Assembly: GCA_964482995.1 (NCBI GenBank) | Contig: CAYZZC010000003.1 | Coordinates: 1-61,227, forward strand | Reading direction: 5' to 3' | Origin: an uncultured Candidatus Saccharibacteria bacterium | GTDB lineage: Bacteria > Patescibacteriota > Minisyncoccia > Phycocordibacterales > SBAW01 | DNA: 61,227 nt | Shown: piece by piece, positions 52,535 to 61,227 of the stretch | Layout: each line of letters opens with the position of its first letter | Position numbering within the stretch: the first letter of the stretch is position 1 | Notes under the pieces: model-generated | The model's input: only the letters and a program-made list of their open reading frames with translations | Told to the model about the DNA's origin: nothing | Databases searched by the model: none | Program-made: the position numbers and the translations under genes

Positions 52535-52702
52535 GTCAAACGGGCCGATGATAATCGGGAGATGTATCATGTGCGCCCAAAGAACAAAGTCGTAGATCAG
52601 CTGCCCTACGCCCAGCGCCACAATAAGCGACCACATAAGATGCCACCCTGCCAGCACTACACCAAAAGTGAACGCTGTCTTTTGTTGGTTAAAATGATTC
52701 AT
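52436..52702 (-). CDS. Hypothetical small membrane protein
   Basis: MNHFNQQKTAFTFGVVLAGWHLMWSLIVALG..., three TM segments. Start set at MNHF. Confidence 0.5.
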   Translation of the reverse strand: MNHFNQQKTAFTFGVVLAGWHLMWSLIVALGVGQLIYDFVLWAHMIHLPIIIGPFDLQAAAVLIVMTFGVGYMMGWTFAYVWNRLHRN

Positions 52703-52730
52703 ATATCTGTTGCTAGTGCACTTAATAAAT

Positions 52731-52883
52731 TTATTTGTCCCCTTTTCCATTACGCCGGAGGCGCTTTTTGCGGACAGGGTTAATCTTTGCGTTTTTTACT
52801 ACACCCTCAAGACGCGGCGGGCGCGTGAGGCGGTCCATTTGGCGAAGGATTTTCTTCTTGTCCATTGGTGTTCCTCTGCTCAT
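52731..52883 (-). CDS. Hypothetical 50-aa highly basic protein (below the ORF-track cutoff)
   Basis: Hand translation: MSRGTPMDKKKILRQMDRLTRPPRLEGVVKNAKINPVRKKRLRRNGKGDK. It fits exactly between two minus-strand genes. Confidence 0.3.
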   Translation of the reverse strand: MSRGTPMDKKKILRQMDRLTRPPRLEGVVKNAKINPVRKKRLRRNGKGDK

Positions 52884-52910
52884 ATCTATATTAAACCATG
52901 GGTTTTTACG

Positions 52911-53297
52911 CTACTTAAACTCGAGCAGCTTGTCGCGGAAGTTTTTTATACGGTCTTTTTTGTCTATCTCGATTTTCTCTTGTTTATAAAGAGTCATGCG
53001 TTCTTTCCTATATTCCGGGCTTACCCAGATATGGCCATCGGCATAGACGATCCGGTGAAATGGTATCTTTTTCTCCCCAGCGTCCCAAGCACGGCTCAAA
53101 ATAGTGGTGATGCTCTGTGCGGCCATCCCGCCGCCGCCCGCCGCACGAGAGATAGCGCCGTAGGTAGTTACACGCCCTTTGGGGATCGAGAGCGCAAGCG
53201 CAACCACCCTTTTGCTAAAAGCGCCAGGGGCGTTGTACTCTAGCTCGCCCGCTCCGGCTCTGACTCGGCGAGACAGGTCGCCCTTTCGTTTCTTCAT
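52911..53297 (-). CDS. MGMT-family DNA-binding protein lacking the acceptor Cys (alkyltransferase-like, ATL)
   Basis: FSKRVVALALSIPKGRVTTYGAIS...IPFHRIV. The canonical PCHR motif reads PFHR here. Confidence 0.7.
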   Translation of the reverse strand: MKKRKGDLSRRVRAGAGELEYNAPGAFSKRVVALALSIPKGRVTTYGAISRAAGGGGMAAQSITTILSRAWDAGEKKIPFHRIVYADGHIWVSPEYRKERMTLYKQEKIEIDKKDRIKNFRDKLLEFK

Positions 53298-53307
53298 TAC
53301 TACTATG

Positions 53308-54549
53308 TTAACTTGCGGCAGACTCTCCCGCTACATAGCCAGTAGTCCAGCACAGCTGGAGCGAGAAGCCCCCTGAGGGCCTGCTGATATGGAGCAAGTC
53401 TCCCGTGAGATATAGGTTTGGCACCTTTTTTGAGCACATGGTTTTGGTGTCTAGCTCCTCAAGCGGTACGCCACCATCTGCAACCACCGCGCGGTCAAAA
53501 CCCATAAGGCCGGTGATAGTAAGCGGCAACGCCTTAAGCACGCGGGTAATGAGCTTACGTTCTTCTTTAGTTATAGAGTGCACTTTTTTATGTACATCGA
53601 TAAGCGGCTCAAGCAAAGCTTGCACGCCTTTAGTGGTGCCCTCAGGCACCAGCTCTCGTAATATATTTTTGAGCGCTTTGTTTTTGTTTTTATCAAACAC
53701 GCCAACCGCCATTCTCTCCAAGCTCCCCAGGTCGGTATGCGGGTAGGCATCGATAGTCGCCGTAACGACCCCGCTATAGAGGAGGTCGTCTACACTCTGC
53801 GCGCTGTTTAAAATAAGCGGGCCAGAGAGGCCAAAGTGGGTAAACAAAACTTTCCCTGTTTTAGAAAACTGCTTTTTGCCATCCACATAAAACGTGATTT
53901 TCATAAACGAGAGCGAGACTCCTGCAAGCTCTTTGCTCCAGCTCTCCTTTGTGGCAAGCGGCACGATGGTGGGGGTTGGCTCCACCACGCTGTGGCCAAG
54001 GTCTTTGAGCCATTTAAAACCATCGCCCGTTGAACCGGTTTCAGGATGCGAGACGCCTCCTGTCGCAAAAATATATTTTTTTGCCCGATACTCGTTTTTA
54101 CCCGAGTAAACAGCGCTGATACCCCCTGCTCCTTTTACTATGCGCGTCACCGGAGTGTTTGTTTTAATTTCTACTTTTCCTTTGGCTGCATACGCCTCTA
54201 GAGCAGCGAGTACGTCCCCCGCTTTTTCAGTGTGCGGGAAGGCGCGCTTGCGCGCCTGGACTGTGAGCGGCAGCTTTTGCCCCTCAAAAAAGGTAAAAGT
54301 GTCTTTGACACCAAAGTGTGAGAAGGCCGAGTAAAGAAATTGCTCAGAAGCACCGTATGCCTGTAAAAATTTTCTCTGGTCGAGCTCGGCGTTGGTGATA
54401 TTGCAGCGGCCGCCTCCAGAGATTTTTAATTTCTCTCCCAATTTTTTATTTTTCTCCAGCAAGAGTACGCGCGCACCAAGCTCGGCAGCGCGACCCGCCG
54501 CCATAAGCCCCGAGGCGCCGCCGCCCACTACTATCACGTCATAATTCAT
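53308..54549 (-). CDS. NAD(P)/FAD-dependent oxidoreductase, HI0933/BaiN family
   Basis: YDVIVVGGGASGLMAA...GGGRCNITN motifs. Confidence 0.85.
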   Translation of the reverse strand: MNYDVIVVGGGASGLMAAGRAAELGARVLLLEKNKKLGEKLKISGGGRCNITNAELDQRKFLQAYGASEQFLYSAFSHFGVKDTFTFFEGQKLPLTVQARKRAFPHTEKAGDVLAALEAYAAKGKVEIKTNTPVTRIVKGAGGISAVYSGKNEYRAKKYIFATGGVSHPETGSTGDGFKWLKDLGHSVVEPTPTIVPLATKESWSKELAGVSLSFMKITFYVDGKKQFSKTGKVLFTHFGLSGPLILNSAQSVDDLLYSGVVTATIDAYPHTDLGSLERMAVGVFDKNKNKALKNILRELVPEGTTKGVQALLEPLIDVHKKVHSITKEERKLITRVLKALPLTITGLMGFDRAVVADGGVPLEELDTKTMCSKKVPNLYLTGDLLHISRPSGGFSLQLCWTTGYVAGESAAS

Positions 54550-54550
54550 A

Positions 54551-56008
54551 TTATTTTTCTAGGTCGAGCGTTTCATCGATGCGGATCTTCTCCACAAAGT
54601 CTGGCACATGGCTCACTACTATCATAGCGCCGCTATAAGAGCTGAGCGCCTCCGCAATAACCGGCAAGTGCCTAAAGTTTATATGGTTGGTGGGCTCGTC
54701 TAAAATCAATAAGCCTGGGGCGAGCAGCACCAGACGGGCAAAAGCGACCAGCCCCTTTTGCCCTTCTGAAAGCGTACCAATTTTTGACGCGATAAGTTCT
54801 CCGGTGATTAAAAACCCGGCGGCAACGGAGCGGATATGCTCCTCAGTTGGGCGCTCGCTTGCCGCAGCAAGCTCTTGGTATACGGTCTTATCAAAATCAA
54901 GGTTAGAAAAATCTTGCCGATAGTAGCCAACGCGGACACCCTTTGCCACAACACTCCCCGCCGCTTCTCCTAAGGCTATCGATTGCAGCAATGTGCTTTT
55001 GCCGATCCCATTGGGGCCGCGCAAAAGGAGGTGGGTGTTTTTGCGCAAAGAGACGCTCGCTTTATGCGCTACCGGCTTATGTTTTTTTATAGTGATATAG
55101 GAGTTGATCTTGAGTATCTCCCCCGTGAGGTCATTTTGCATTGGGATAGTAAAGGGGCGGATAGTCCGGTCTTCTTTTCGTACATCAACCTTTGCCTCCT
55201 CAAGTTCCTCGGCCTTCTCCCGCATGCGTTTGGCCACCATACGCATTTGGCCTCCCTTGTTGGCAAAAAAGTTCGCCTTGTCTTTATTTTCTTGGATTTC
55301 TTTTGCAAGAAGCGCGTTTTTACGATTCTCCTTTTCTATACGCGCGGTAATGTCAGCCATTACGTTAAAATAATTGCCGACATACTGCTCGACCCGGCGG
55401 GTATGCTGGTCTAAATAGAGCACGCCGTCGCTAAATGCGTTTAAAAAGTCGGCATCATGCGAGATAACCATAACGGTCTTTTTATACGCCACCAAAAACT
55501 TTGTGAGATGCTCGATCCCGTCGTGGTCGAGGTTGTTGGTCGGCTCATCTAAAAGCAACAAATCAGGATCTTGGATAAGCGCCGAGGCAAGCAAAAGGCG
55601 TGCCTGCTGGCCGCCGGAGAAGGCGCCTACTTTTTTATCCAAAGGCGCGGTTAGATTGACCACCTCGAGCACGGCCTCGATCTTAGGGTCGATGTCGTAC
55701 ACTTTTTTGGAAAACCTGTTTTGAAAAAACTCGCGCACCGTGCACTCAAGCTCCTCGCGCGGTATCACCTGGCGAGCCGAGCCGATTGTCAGGCCGTGTG
55801 CCTTGTGCACGATCCCAGACTCAGGAGTGTATGCGCCCATAATAAGCCCAAAGATAGTGCTCTTGCCTGCGCCGTTTTGCCCCATGATCGTGACCTTGGA
55901 CCCCCGGCGCACGTTAAAATCCACCTCATGCAAAATGGGCTTCTTGATACCAAAATCAAATGATACCTTTTCGAACAGTATGATTACTTCTTTTCGGTCT
56001 GGGTTCAT
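54551..56008 (-). CDS. ABC-F family ATPase (two ABC domains, no TM)
   Basis: Two Walker A motifs (GQNGAGKST, GPNGIGKST) and two signature motifs (FSGGQQARL, LSEGQKGLV) with an inter-domain linker. Start set at MNPDRKE. Confidence 0.85.
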   Translation of the reverse strand: MNPDRKEVIILFEKVSFDFGIKKPILHEVDFNVRRGSKVTIMGQNGAGKSTIFGLIMGAYTPESGIVHKAHGLTIGSARQVIPREELECTVREFFQNRFSKKVYDIDPKIEAVLEVVNLTAPLDKKVGAFSGGQQARLLLASALIQDPDLLLLDEPTNNLDHDGIEHLTKFLVAYKKTVMVISHDADFLNAFSDGVLYLDQHTRRVEQYVGNYFNVMADITARIEKENRKNALLAKEIQENKDKANFFANKGGQMRMVAKRMREKAEELEEAKVDVRKEDRTIRPFTIPMQNDLTGEILKINSYITIKKHKPVAHKASVSLRKNTHLLLRGPNGIGKSTLLQSIALGEAAGSVVAKGVRVGYYRQDFSNLDFDKTVYQELAAASERPTEEHIRSVAAGFLITGELIASKIGTLSEGQKGLVAFARLVLLAPGLLILDEPTNHINFRHLPVIAEALSSYSGAMIVVSHVPDFVEKIRIDETLDLEK

Positions 56009-56079
56009 AGAGTGTGAAATCTGCAAATAAAAAACCACCCTGAGCAAGCCTCGAAGGGCGGTTTTTTATTTCGACGCTA

Positions 56080-56277
56080 TTACGCGCGTGATACGTTGAC
56101 TGCGCTCGGCCCCTTGTCGCCTTCTGCGATTTCAAAGGAGAGCACGTCGCCGACTTTAAGCTCATCAAAGGTTACCCCTTGGAGCTCTTTCGAGTGGAAG
56201 AAGAGATCCTTTGCCTCGCCTTCGCGTGCAATGAATCCGAATCCTCTGTCGGTAAGCGTCTTTATTGTTCCTGTCAT
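56080..56277 (-). CDS. Cold-shock domain protein
   Basis: MTGTIKTLTDRGFGFIAREGEAKDLFFH (RNP1/RNP2-like). 65 aa. Start set at MTGTIK. Confidence 0.9.
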   Translation of the reverse strand: MTGTIKTLTDRGFGFIAREGEAKDLFFHSKELQGVTFDELKVGDVLSFEIAEGDKGPSAVNVSRA

Positions 56278-56423
56278 GTTTTTTTGAATGTCTTCTTGAG
56301 AAACCCGACCCCGTTTCTTAGTGTCTTTTGGACCCCCAGATTGTAACACAGAGTATATGTGCGTGTCCACTATCCACAAATTACCCTGATTTCGAGTAAT
56401 CCTGCTCTGCTAATACAAATCAG

Positions 56424-56494
56424 CTGCCAGACTTGGATTCGAACCAAGATACTCAGATTCAGAGTCTGAGGTCCTACCATTAGACGATCTGGCA
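56424..56494 (-). tRNA. tRNA-Gln (anticodon CTG)
   Basis: The reverse complement gives acceptor TGCCAGA/TCTGGCA (U1-A72), anticodon loop CTCTGAA, and T-arm CTTGG-TTCGAAT-CCAAG. Confidence 0.9.
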
Positions 56495-56528
56495 ATAATG
56501 CCACTCTACCGCAAAAGTAATGCCTTTT

Positions 56529-57314
56529 CTAGCTTGTCTTGCCGGCCGACAGGTTTTTAGAAATAGTGGCGATGAGCGCTTTGTGGTCGCTCACCCCACT
56601 CTCCATAGTGAGGTTGGATACGGTATATCCCGGGGTTGAAAAGATGGAGTCCACCATCTGGCCCAGAACCCCCATAGCGCGTGCATTTGCCGCGAGTGTC
56701 TCTGGGCCCGCGCGGTGGATAGCAGTGTCGAGGCTGGTCGTATATTTTTGCGGCACATTATCTTTATAGTGTGCCGCTAGCTCGGCAAATATCTCTCCCC
56801 CGCGCGGCGCATTAAAATCCCCGCAAAAAATGATTTCTCCTTGCTGTTTTAAGATAGCGAGCAATGATGTTACACACTTTCGTTGCACCTCGTCCGGCAA
56901 ACCTTTTGGCGTTACCGGAAAGTGCGTGGTGCCTATTTTATAAGCCGAGCCTTCTGCCTCTATCTCGGCAACCAAAAGCATATGGTTGTTAGTGGTCGCT
57001 TTATTGTTTCCATCAAATATATGGATTGCCTCCTTCTTGCCATGGTAATAAAGCACTTTACTCTGTGTGATTGGGTAATGCGAAAATATTGCTATCCCTT
57101 GGGTACCAGGCGCTTCCCCCACATGTTCCATATAACACATGGGCTCAAACACATGCTCCTGCCCCACTACCTCGGCGATTGTGGGGAGGTCGTGCTCCAT
57201 AACCTCCATAAGACACAGTACATCGGGCTGTATCCGCTTTAAAAAAGGTAAAATGAGGCTCAGGTGTTTTGAGCGCTCGACATTAAGCGACACTAGGCGC
57301 AGGGGTTGAGGCAT
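56529..57314 (-). CDS. Endonuclease/exonuclease/phosphatase (EEP) family protein
   Basis: LRLVSLNVERSKH...DVLCLMEV N-terminal motif, plus the C-terminal GDFN and SDH motifs. Confidence 0.8.
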   Translation of the reverse strand: MPQPLRLVSLNVERSKHLSLILPFLKRIQPDVLCLMEVMEHDLPTIAEVVGQEHVFEPMCYMEHVGEAPGTQGIAIFSHYPITQSKVLYYHGKKEAIHIFDGNNKATTNNHMLLVAEIEAEGSAYKIGTTHFPVTPKGLPDEVQRKCVTSLLAILKQQGEIIFCGDFNAPRGGEIFAELAAHYKDNVPQKYTTSLDTAIHRAGPETLAANARAMGVLGQMVDSIFSTPGYTVSNLTMESGVSDHKALIATISKNLSAGKTS

Positions 57315-57431
57315 ACTAAAGACGATAGCAAGCCTATTGTATTTAATCCAGGAATCCGTACAATTTATAAGGCACGGTTCTTATTTTTAAGATTCTCCAT
57401 TTAACCCCCAACCAGTGGCAAGGAGGCCAAC

Positions 57432-57800
57432 GTGAGCACACTTAAGGCACTACTCAGTGATGCGCTCTCGTGGCCAAAACCCGAGGAGCGCGAAAGGGGC
57501 GAAGAGCTCGCCAAAAATATCATTTCCTCGGTCCAGGTCGAGAAATGGAATAGGAGTGGCATTGTTATCAAGCGCGGCTGTATGGCCCAAAGCTCATACG
57601 CGTGGGTAAGAGTGCATCTCTTCAATTCGAACAACCCGGCTTCTGTGTTGATCGAGGCTGAGCTCCGCCGCTTAGAAGGCAAGCCGAGCATGACGGTCAA
57701 AAGCCGCGGCCAAGAGCTCAACGGCAAAGCGCCAGAAACAGTTCTTGAGTTTATCGCGCTTGTAGAAGAAGAGGCACAGTTGATGCTTCTTAACAAATAA
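57432..57800 (+). CDS. Hypothetical protein (122 aa, GTG start), no family recognised
   Basis: Strong AAGGAGG RBS 6 nt upstream of the GTG, and an intrinsic terminator right after the stop. The antisense ORF 57401..57796 is rejected. Confidence 0.55.
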   Translation: MSTLKALLSDALSWPKPEERERGEELAKNIISSVQVEKWNRSGIVIKRGCMAQSSYAWVRVHLFNSNNPASVLIEAELRRLEGKPSMTVKSRGQELNGKAPETVLEFIALVEEEAQLMLLNK

Positions 57801-57801
57801 A

Positions 57802-57837
57802 AACGCCCCGGAGTTTACTCCGGGGCGTCCTCTTTTT
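57802..57837 (+). terminator. Intrinsic terminator (bidirectional shape)
   Basis: ACGCCCCGGAG-ttta-CTCCGGGGCGT followed by CCTCTTTTT. Confidence 0.75.
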
Positions 57838-58768
57838 ATATTTTGAGATACCTGTGTACAGCTAAATAGCTAGAAATGGCCCCGAGCAAAACCCCCGAGC
57901 CCATGATCACTGCAAAAAATAGTAAGAAGTGTGTAATGAAGTAGGTAAACACATTGACCCCGCCGAAAAATGCTGCGGTCGAGTTCCCCAGCCACCAGGT
58001 GAGCGGGTACAACAAAAGGAGCGTTATAACCGCGGCCACCAGGCCATAGAGCACCCCTTCAACAACAAACGGCGCGCGTACATACGCTTGGCCGGCGCCA
58101 ACAAGCCGCATGACCTGGATCTCATCGCGTGCGGAGTATATCGCGAGCCGCAGCGTGTTAAGAGATATTGCGACAGTCAAAAGCACAAAGAAACCAATCA
58201 GCACGTAGGCGATAAGCTGCGCGGTGTTGGTGTAGGTAGTGAGGGTATCGATCGCACGGCGATGCTCCTCGTCGTAATAGTTTATCTTTTCGATAATTTG
58301 CGGCCCCCCTTCCCCAAGCGCTTGTTGCCCGCGTAAAAAGTTTGCAATTGCGTCGTATTGAGAAATATCTTTTGCTTTGATATTGAGTACGGCTCCGAGC
58401 GGGTTGTCGCCCAGCTCCTCGAGAGCTTGTAGTGTCAGCTGGTCGTTTTGGTGTCGCTCGCGGAACGCGGCAAGGGCCTCCTCGCGCGAGAGGTAGGTCA
58501 CTACTGAAACCTGCGGCAGCTCTTTAAGCGAGTCGCGGAGAGTAAATATATCTGCTTCTTTTGCTCCTGTAGTAAAGTACACGTTCATGTCTGCCTTGCT
58601 TCGAAACTCCTCAAGTGCGGAGCCTAGGACAACGCCAGTACACATCGCCAGCCCAATGACAAACAAGGTGCACACCATCATGAGCACAGCTGCAAACGAA
58701 ACAAAGCTGTTTCTCCAAAAATTGAGAAGCCCCGCGCGAAATATTCTTTTAATGCTCAACCGGTTCAT
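57836..58768 (-). CDS. ftsX: Cell division permease-like protein FtsX
   Basis: Four-TM FtsX topology with a large first periplasmic loop. Directly downstream of ftsE. Confidence 0.85.
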   Translation of the reverse strand: MNRLSIKRIFRAGLLNFWRNSFVSFAAVLMMVCTLFVIGLAMCTGVVLGSALEEFRSKADMNVYFTTGAKEADIFTLRDSLKELPQVSVVTYLSREEALAAFRERHQNDQLTLQALEELGDNPLGAVLNIKAKDISQYDAIANFLRGQQALGEGGPQIIEKINYYDEEHRRAIDTLTTYTNTAQLIAYVLIGFFVLLTVAISLNTLRLAIYSARDEIQVMRLVGAGQAYVRAPFVVEGVLYGLVAAVITLLLLYPLTWWLGNSTAAFFGGVNVFTYFITHFLLFFAVIMGSGVLLGAISSYLAVHRYLKI

Positions 58769-58784
58769 ACCTATAAGTATATAC

Positions 58785-59465
58785 TCATAATATATACTTC
58801 CCCTCCCGGTCGTCGCGCACCACCTTGCCGCGGTCTAGTGTCACTACGCGCTTTTTTAAACTGTCGATCACTCCCTTGTTGTGGGTGGTGAGGATAACCG
58901 TAGTGCCCAGATCATTTATCTTTTTTAAAATTTGTATCACCTCAAAGGTGTTTACTGGGTCGAGGTTGCCAGTTGGCTCGTCGGCAACGATAACGTCTGG
59001 CTGGTTTACTATCGCGCGAGCGATCGCTACACGTTGCTGCTCACCTCCTGAAAGTTCGCCGGGGAAATTATTCATCTTACCGCCCAGGTCAACCAGCTTC
59101 AATACATGTGGCACATCAGAAGCTATCTCATCTTCTGAGCGGCCTGCGGCCTCCATGGCAAAGGCGACATTTTCGTACGCGGTTTTTTGCGGGAGCAATC
59201 TAAAATCCTGAAACACTGCCCCGATTTTGCGGCGCAGCGCGTTGATCTCGCTGCGAGAAACATTGTGCACATTAACCGACTCAAAAAATACCGTACCGGA
59301 AGTCGGCTTCTCTTCTGCGAGGAGCATTTTAACCAGCGTGGTTTTGCCAGCACCGCTGTGCCCGACAATAGAAATAAATTCTCCTGGTTCTACCGAAAAG
59401 CTCACTTCATCGAGCGCAACGGAAGAATCAGGATATATTTTAGAAACGCGATCGTAATATATCAT
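58785..59465 (-). CDS. ftsE: Cell division ATP-binding protein FtsE
   Basis: GHSGAGKTT Walker [15 protein letters not shown], and [12 protein letters not shown]. Confidence 0.9.
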   Translation of the reverse strand: MIYYDRVSKIYPDSSVALDEVSFSVEPGEFISIVGHSGAGKTTLVKMLLAEEKPTSGTVFFESVNVHNVSRSEINALRRKIGAVFQDFRLLPQKTAYENVAFAMEAAGRSEDEIASDVPHVLKLVDLGGKMNNFPGELSGGEQQRVAIARAIVNQPDVIVADEPTGNLDPVNTFEVIQILKKINDLGTTVILTTHNKGVIDSLKKRVVTLDRGKVVRDDREGKYIL

Positions 59466-59510
59466 TAGACATTCTGTCCCTTTGGGGGCGGTCTTACTAT
59501 TGTACCTCAG

Positions 59511-60377
59511 CTACTCGGTTTTTTCCAAAAATGCTTCTAGGTTGCCGCCGAGCACCCCCTCGGCATCATGCACCTCGACTCCTGAGCGATGGTCCTTTAC
59601 CAATTTATACGGGTGCAGCACGTAGGAGCGGATCTGGCTGCCCCACTCGATCTTGCCAGCACCAACCGAGAGGTCTGATATTTTTTCTTTACGCTGGGCT
59701 TCCAAGAGGCGCAAAAGTTTTGCTTTTACAATGGAGAGTGCTCTTTCTTTATTAGCCCCCTGGGTGCGCTCACCGTCAACATGAGCACTGATACCGGTTG
59801 GAGTGTGGACAATCCGCACCGCTGTCTCGCGTTTGTTAACATTTTGCCCGCCAGGGCCCGAGGAGCGCGCCATAGTAATGTCTAGATCATCTTCAGAAAG
59901 CTCGATGTCGGAAATTTTTTCTAACACCGGCAACACTTCAACAAGCACAAACGAGGTGTGGCGCTTTTGTGACGCATTAAACGGCGAGATGCGCACAAGC
60001 CGATGGACACCATACTCGTTTTTGAGCGTGCCATAGGCGCGTTTGCCCTCGATCTCGATTGAGAGGTTGCGGTAGCCACCGCGGTCGTTTTTATTTTCGT
60101 GCAATAGTTTGTAGCTCCACCCGCGGTTCTCAATAAACTTGCGGTACATCTCAAAAAGCATGTAGGCAAAGTCCTCGGCATCGTCTCCCCCCGCTCCCGC
60201 CACAATCGAGAGCACTGCATTGCCGTGCTCGTACTTGCCGCCCCCCTCTATTTCTGCCTTCAAATCTTGCAGCTCTTTAATCAAATTTTGCGCATCGGCA
60301 GGGTTAGACCAAAAATCCGCAGCTTGCATCGCTGCTTCGATCTCTTTGATACGGTTTTCTATTTTTTCTTTTTCCAT
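59511..60377 (-). CDS. prfB: Peptide chain release factor 2, short N-terminus, single reading frame
   Basis: SPF tripeptide (RISPFNAS) and GGQ (SGPGGQNVNK). 288 aa. The ATG lies 1 nt downstream of the tRNA-Thr CCA end. Confidence 0.9.
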   Translation of the reverse strand: MEKEKIENRIKEIEAAMQAADFWSNPADAQNLIKELQDLKAEIEGGGKYEHGNAVLSIVAGAGGDDAEDFAYMLFEMYRKFIENRGWSYKLLHENKNDRGGYRNLSIEIEGKRAYGTLKNEYGVHRLVRISPFNASQKRHTSFVLVEVLPVLEKISDIELSEDDLDITMARSSGPGGQNVNKRETAVRIVHTPTGISAHVDGERTQGANKERALSIVKAKLLRLLEAQRKEKISDLSVGAGKIEWGSQIRSYVLHPYKLVKDHRSGVEVHDAEGVLGGNLEAFLEKTE

Positions 60378-60378
60378 T

Positions 60379-60454
60379 TGGAGCCAGCGGCCGGGATTGA
60401 ACCGGCGACCTCCTCGTTACGAATGAGGTGCTCTACCAACTGAGCTACGCTGGC
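60379..60454 (-). tRNA. tRNA-Thr (anticodon CGT), CCA encoded
   Basis: The reverse complement gives acceptor GCCAGCG/CGCTGGC, anticodon loop TTCGTAA, and T-arm GCCGG-TTCAATC-CCGGC. There is an A31-C39 mismatch. Confidence 0.85.
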
Positions 60455-60486
60455 GCTCACTCCCCTGCTGCTCATGGGGAAGCGTG

Positions 60487-60559
60487 AGCCGTTGGGCAGA
60501 ATCGAACTGCCGACCTACTCCTTACCATGGAGTTGCTCTACCATCTGAGCTACAACGGC
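60487..60559 (-). tRNA. tRNA-Thr (anticodon GGT)
   Basis: The reverse complement gives acceptor GCCGTTG/CAACGGC, anticodon loop ATGGTAA, and T-arm GGCAG-TTCGATT-CTGCC. Confidence 0.9.
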
Positions 60560-60699
60560 TTGTTGTTATTTACAAAACAACATTCGAACAGTAACGCATT
60601 TTTCACAACAATTCAAACATAGTATTTGTTTTAAGGACTGTGCGGTGCTACCCTAAGATTAGGATGGTAAAATCCTAAATAAGAATAGGGAGTACGCTC

Positions 60700-61116
60700 A
60701 TGTGGCAAAGCAAAACAGGAAAGCTCCTCCCCCGTAGAAGTTTTAGGGAGGAGGGCCATATTGTTGAAAAGTTGTTCTTTGAGTCGATGCGTTTTTTCCG
60801 AGGAGAGTATCCAGACTGGCTTATATGGGTCGAAGAATCTTCTCGGCACCTAGACAGGTTTGGTCATGTTGATGCTGTTGTGTTGGTTTACGGCGGCCAA
60901 CTGTACCTGCAAATCAAGAGCTCCGAGCGGGAGCATGCCAATTTCAGGAAAGAGCACCCAGAGATCCCTTGCTTGTTGGTCAGGATAGGAGACCGACGCG
61001 AGCACATTTACAACAATGCGATCAAGCTGCTGGAAGGAGAATATCGCCGTTTCTGTGCGAACCACCCACAGATACGCCGCCAGACTCCTCAAGAACGGCC
61101 CTCGGCGTTTATATAA
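60700..61116 (+). CDS. Hypothetical protein (138 aa), possible PD-(D/E)xK-like core
   Basis: AGGGAG RBS, with a terminator downstream. GHVDAVVLVYGGQLYLQIKSSE resembles a D...x-K nuclease core, but with Q in place of the acidic residue. Confidence 0.5.
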   Translation: MWQSKTGKLLPRRSFREEGHIVEKLFFESMRFFRGEYPDWLIWVEESSRHLDRFGHVDAVVLVYGGQLYLQIKSSEREHANFRKEHPEIPCLLVRIGDRREHIYNNAIKLLEGEYRRFCANHPQIRRQTPQERPSAFI

Positions 61117-61133
61117 TGCCGACGCAAACCAGA

Positions 61134-61167
61134 AGGGCCCGCCACCAGCGGGCCCTTTCTATTTTTT
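61134..61167 (+). terminator. Intrinsic terminator
   Basis: GGGCCCGC-cacca-GCGGGCCC followed by TTTCTATTTTTT. Confidence 0.8.
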
Positions 61168-61174
61168 ATAACTG

Positions 61175-61227
61175 CGCGAGAGACGGGACTTGAACCCGCA
61201 ACCTCGTCCGTGACAGGGACGCGCTCT
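61175..61227 (-). tRNA. tRNA-Asp (anticodon GTC), 5' part cut off by the window end
   Basis: The reverse complement shows anticodon stem-loop CGTCC-CTGTCAC-GGACG, T-loop TTCAAGT and acceptor 3' strand CTCTCGC. Confidence 0.75.

Noticed and set aside
57401-57796. Minus-strand ORF of 131 aa antisense to 57432..57800
   Set aside because: The plus-strand ORF has a strong AAGGAGG RBS and a terminator immediately after its stop. The minus-strand ORF has neither.
59511-60377. Programmed +1 frameshift in prfB
   Set aside because: The whole RF2 ORF is in one frame. The upstream sequence is a tRNA gene, so there is no room for a frame-0 leader exon, and no CTT TGA C site was seen.

Overview
61.2 kb of gene-dense, mostly housekeeping bacterial chromosome. 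The gene content suggests a Patescibacteria/CPR-type genome, though this is inference only. Supporting traits are a short ValRS, an RRM protein, a sortase with an LPXTG substrate, a lone NirK, many small secreted or membrane orphans, and basic low-complexity N-terminal tails on core proteins. I call about 75 CDS, 10 tRNAs (one partial), RNase P RNA, a SAM-I riboswitch in front of metK, and several intrinsic terminators. No rRNA or CRISPR array was seen. The stand-out locus is 4733..7225, a 2.5 kb insert between tsaD and valS. It holds one ORF with an IS110-family (DEDD plus Transposase_20) layout, embedded on the same strand in a tandem array of a roughly 306-nt highly structured RNA module. 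There are two full and two partial module copies. They show compensatory base changes, GNRA/UUCG tetraloops, and two fixed-length hypervariable inserts. I propose this as a candidate new RNA-guided (bridge-RNA-like) recombinase system or a domesticated derivative. Secondary observations: a roughly 60-nt intergenic repeat family that supplies stop codons to two genes and abuts tRNA 3' ends; a MITE-like hairpin module nested in that repeat; an AT-rich islet encoding a membrane-anchored nuclease-like protein; a secreted protein with seven 4-Cys repeats; an AdoCbl cluster (nrdJ, pduO-type adenosyltransferase, DUF4430, membrane protein); an arsR-nirK pair; and a prfB that starts 1 nt after a tRNA. 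All coordinates were derived by hand from the sequence and ORF track. RNA ends are approximate.
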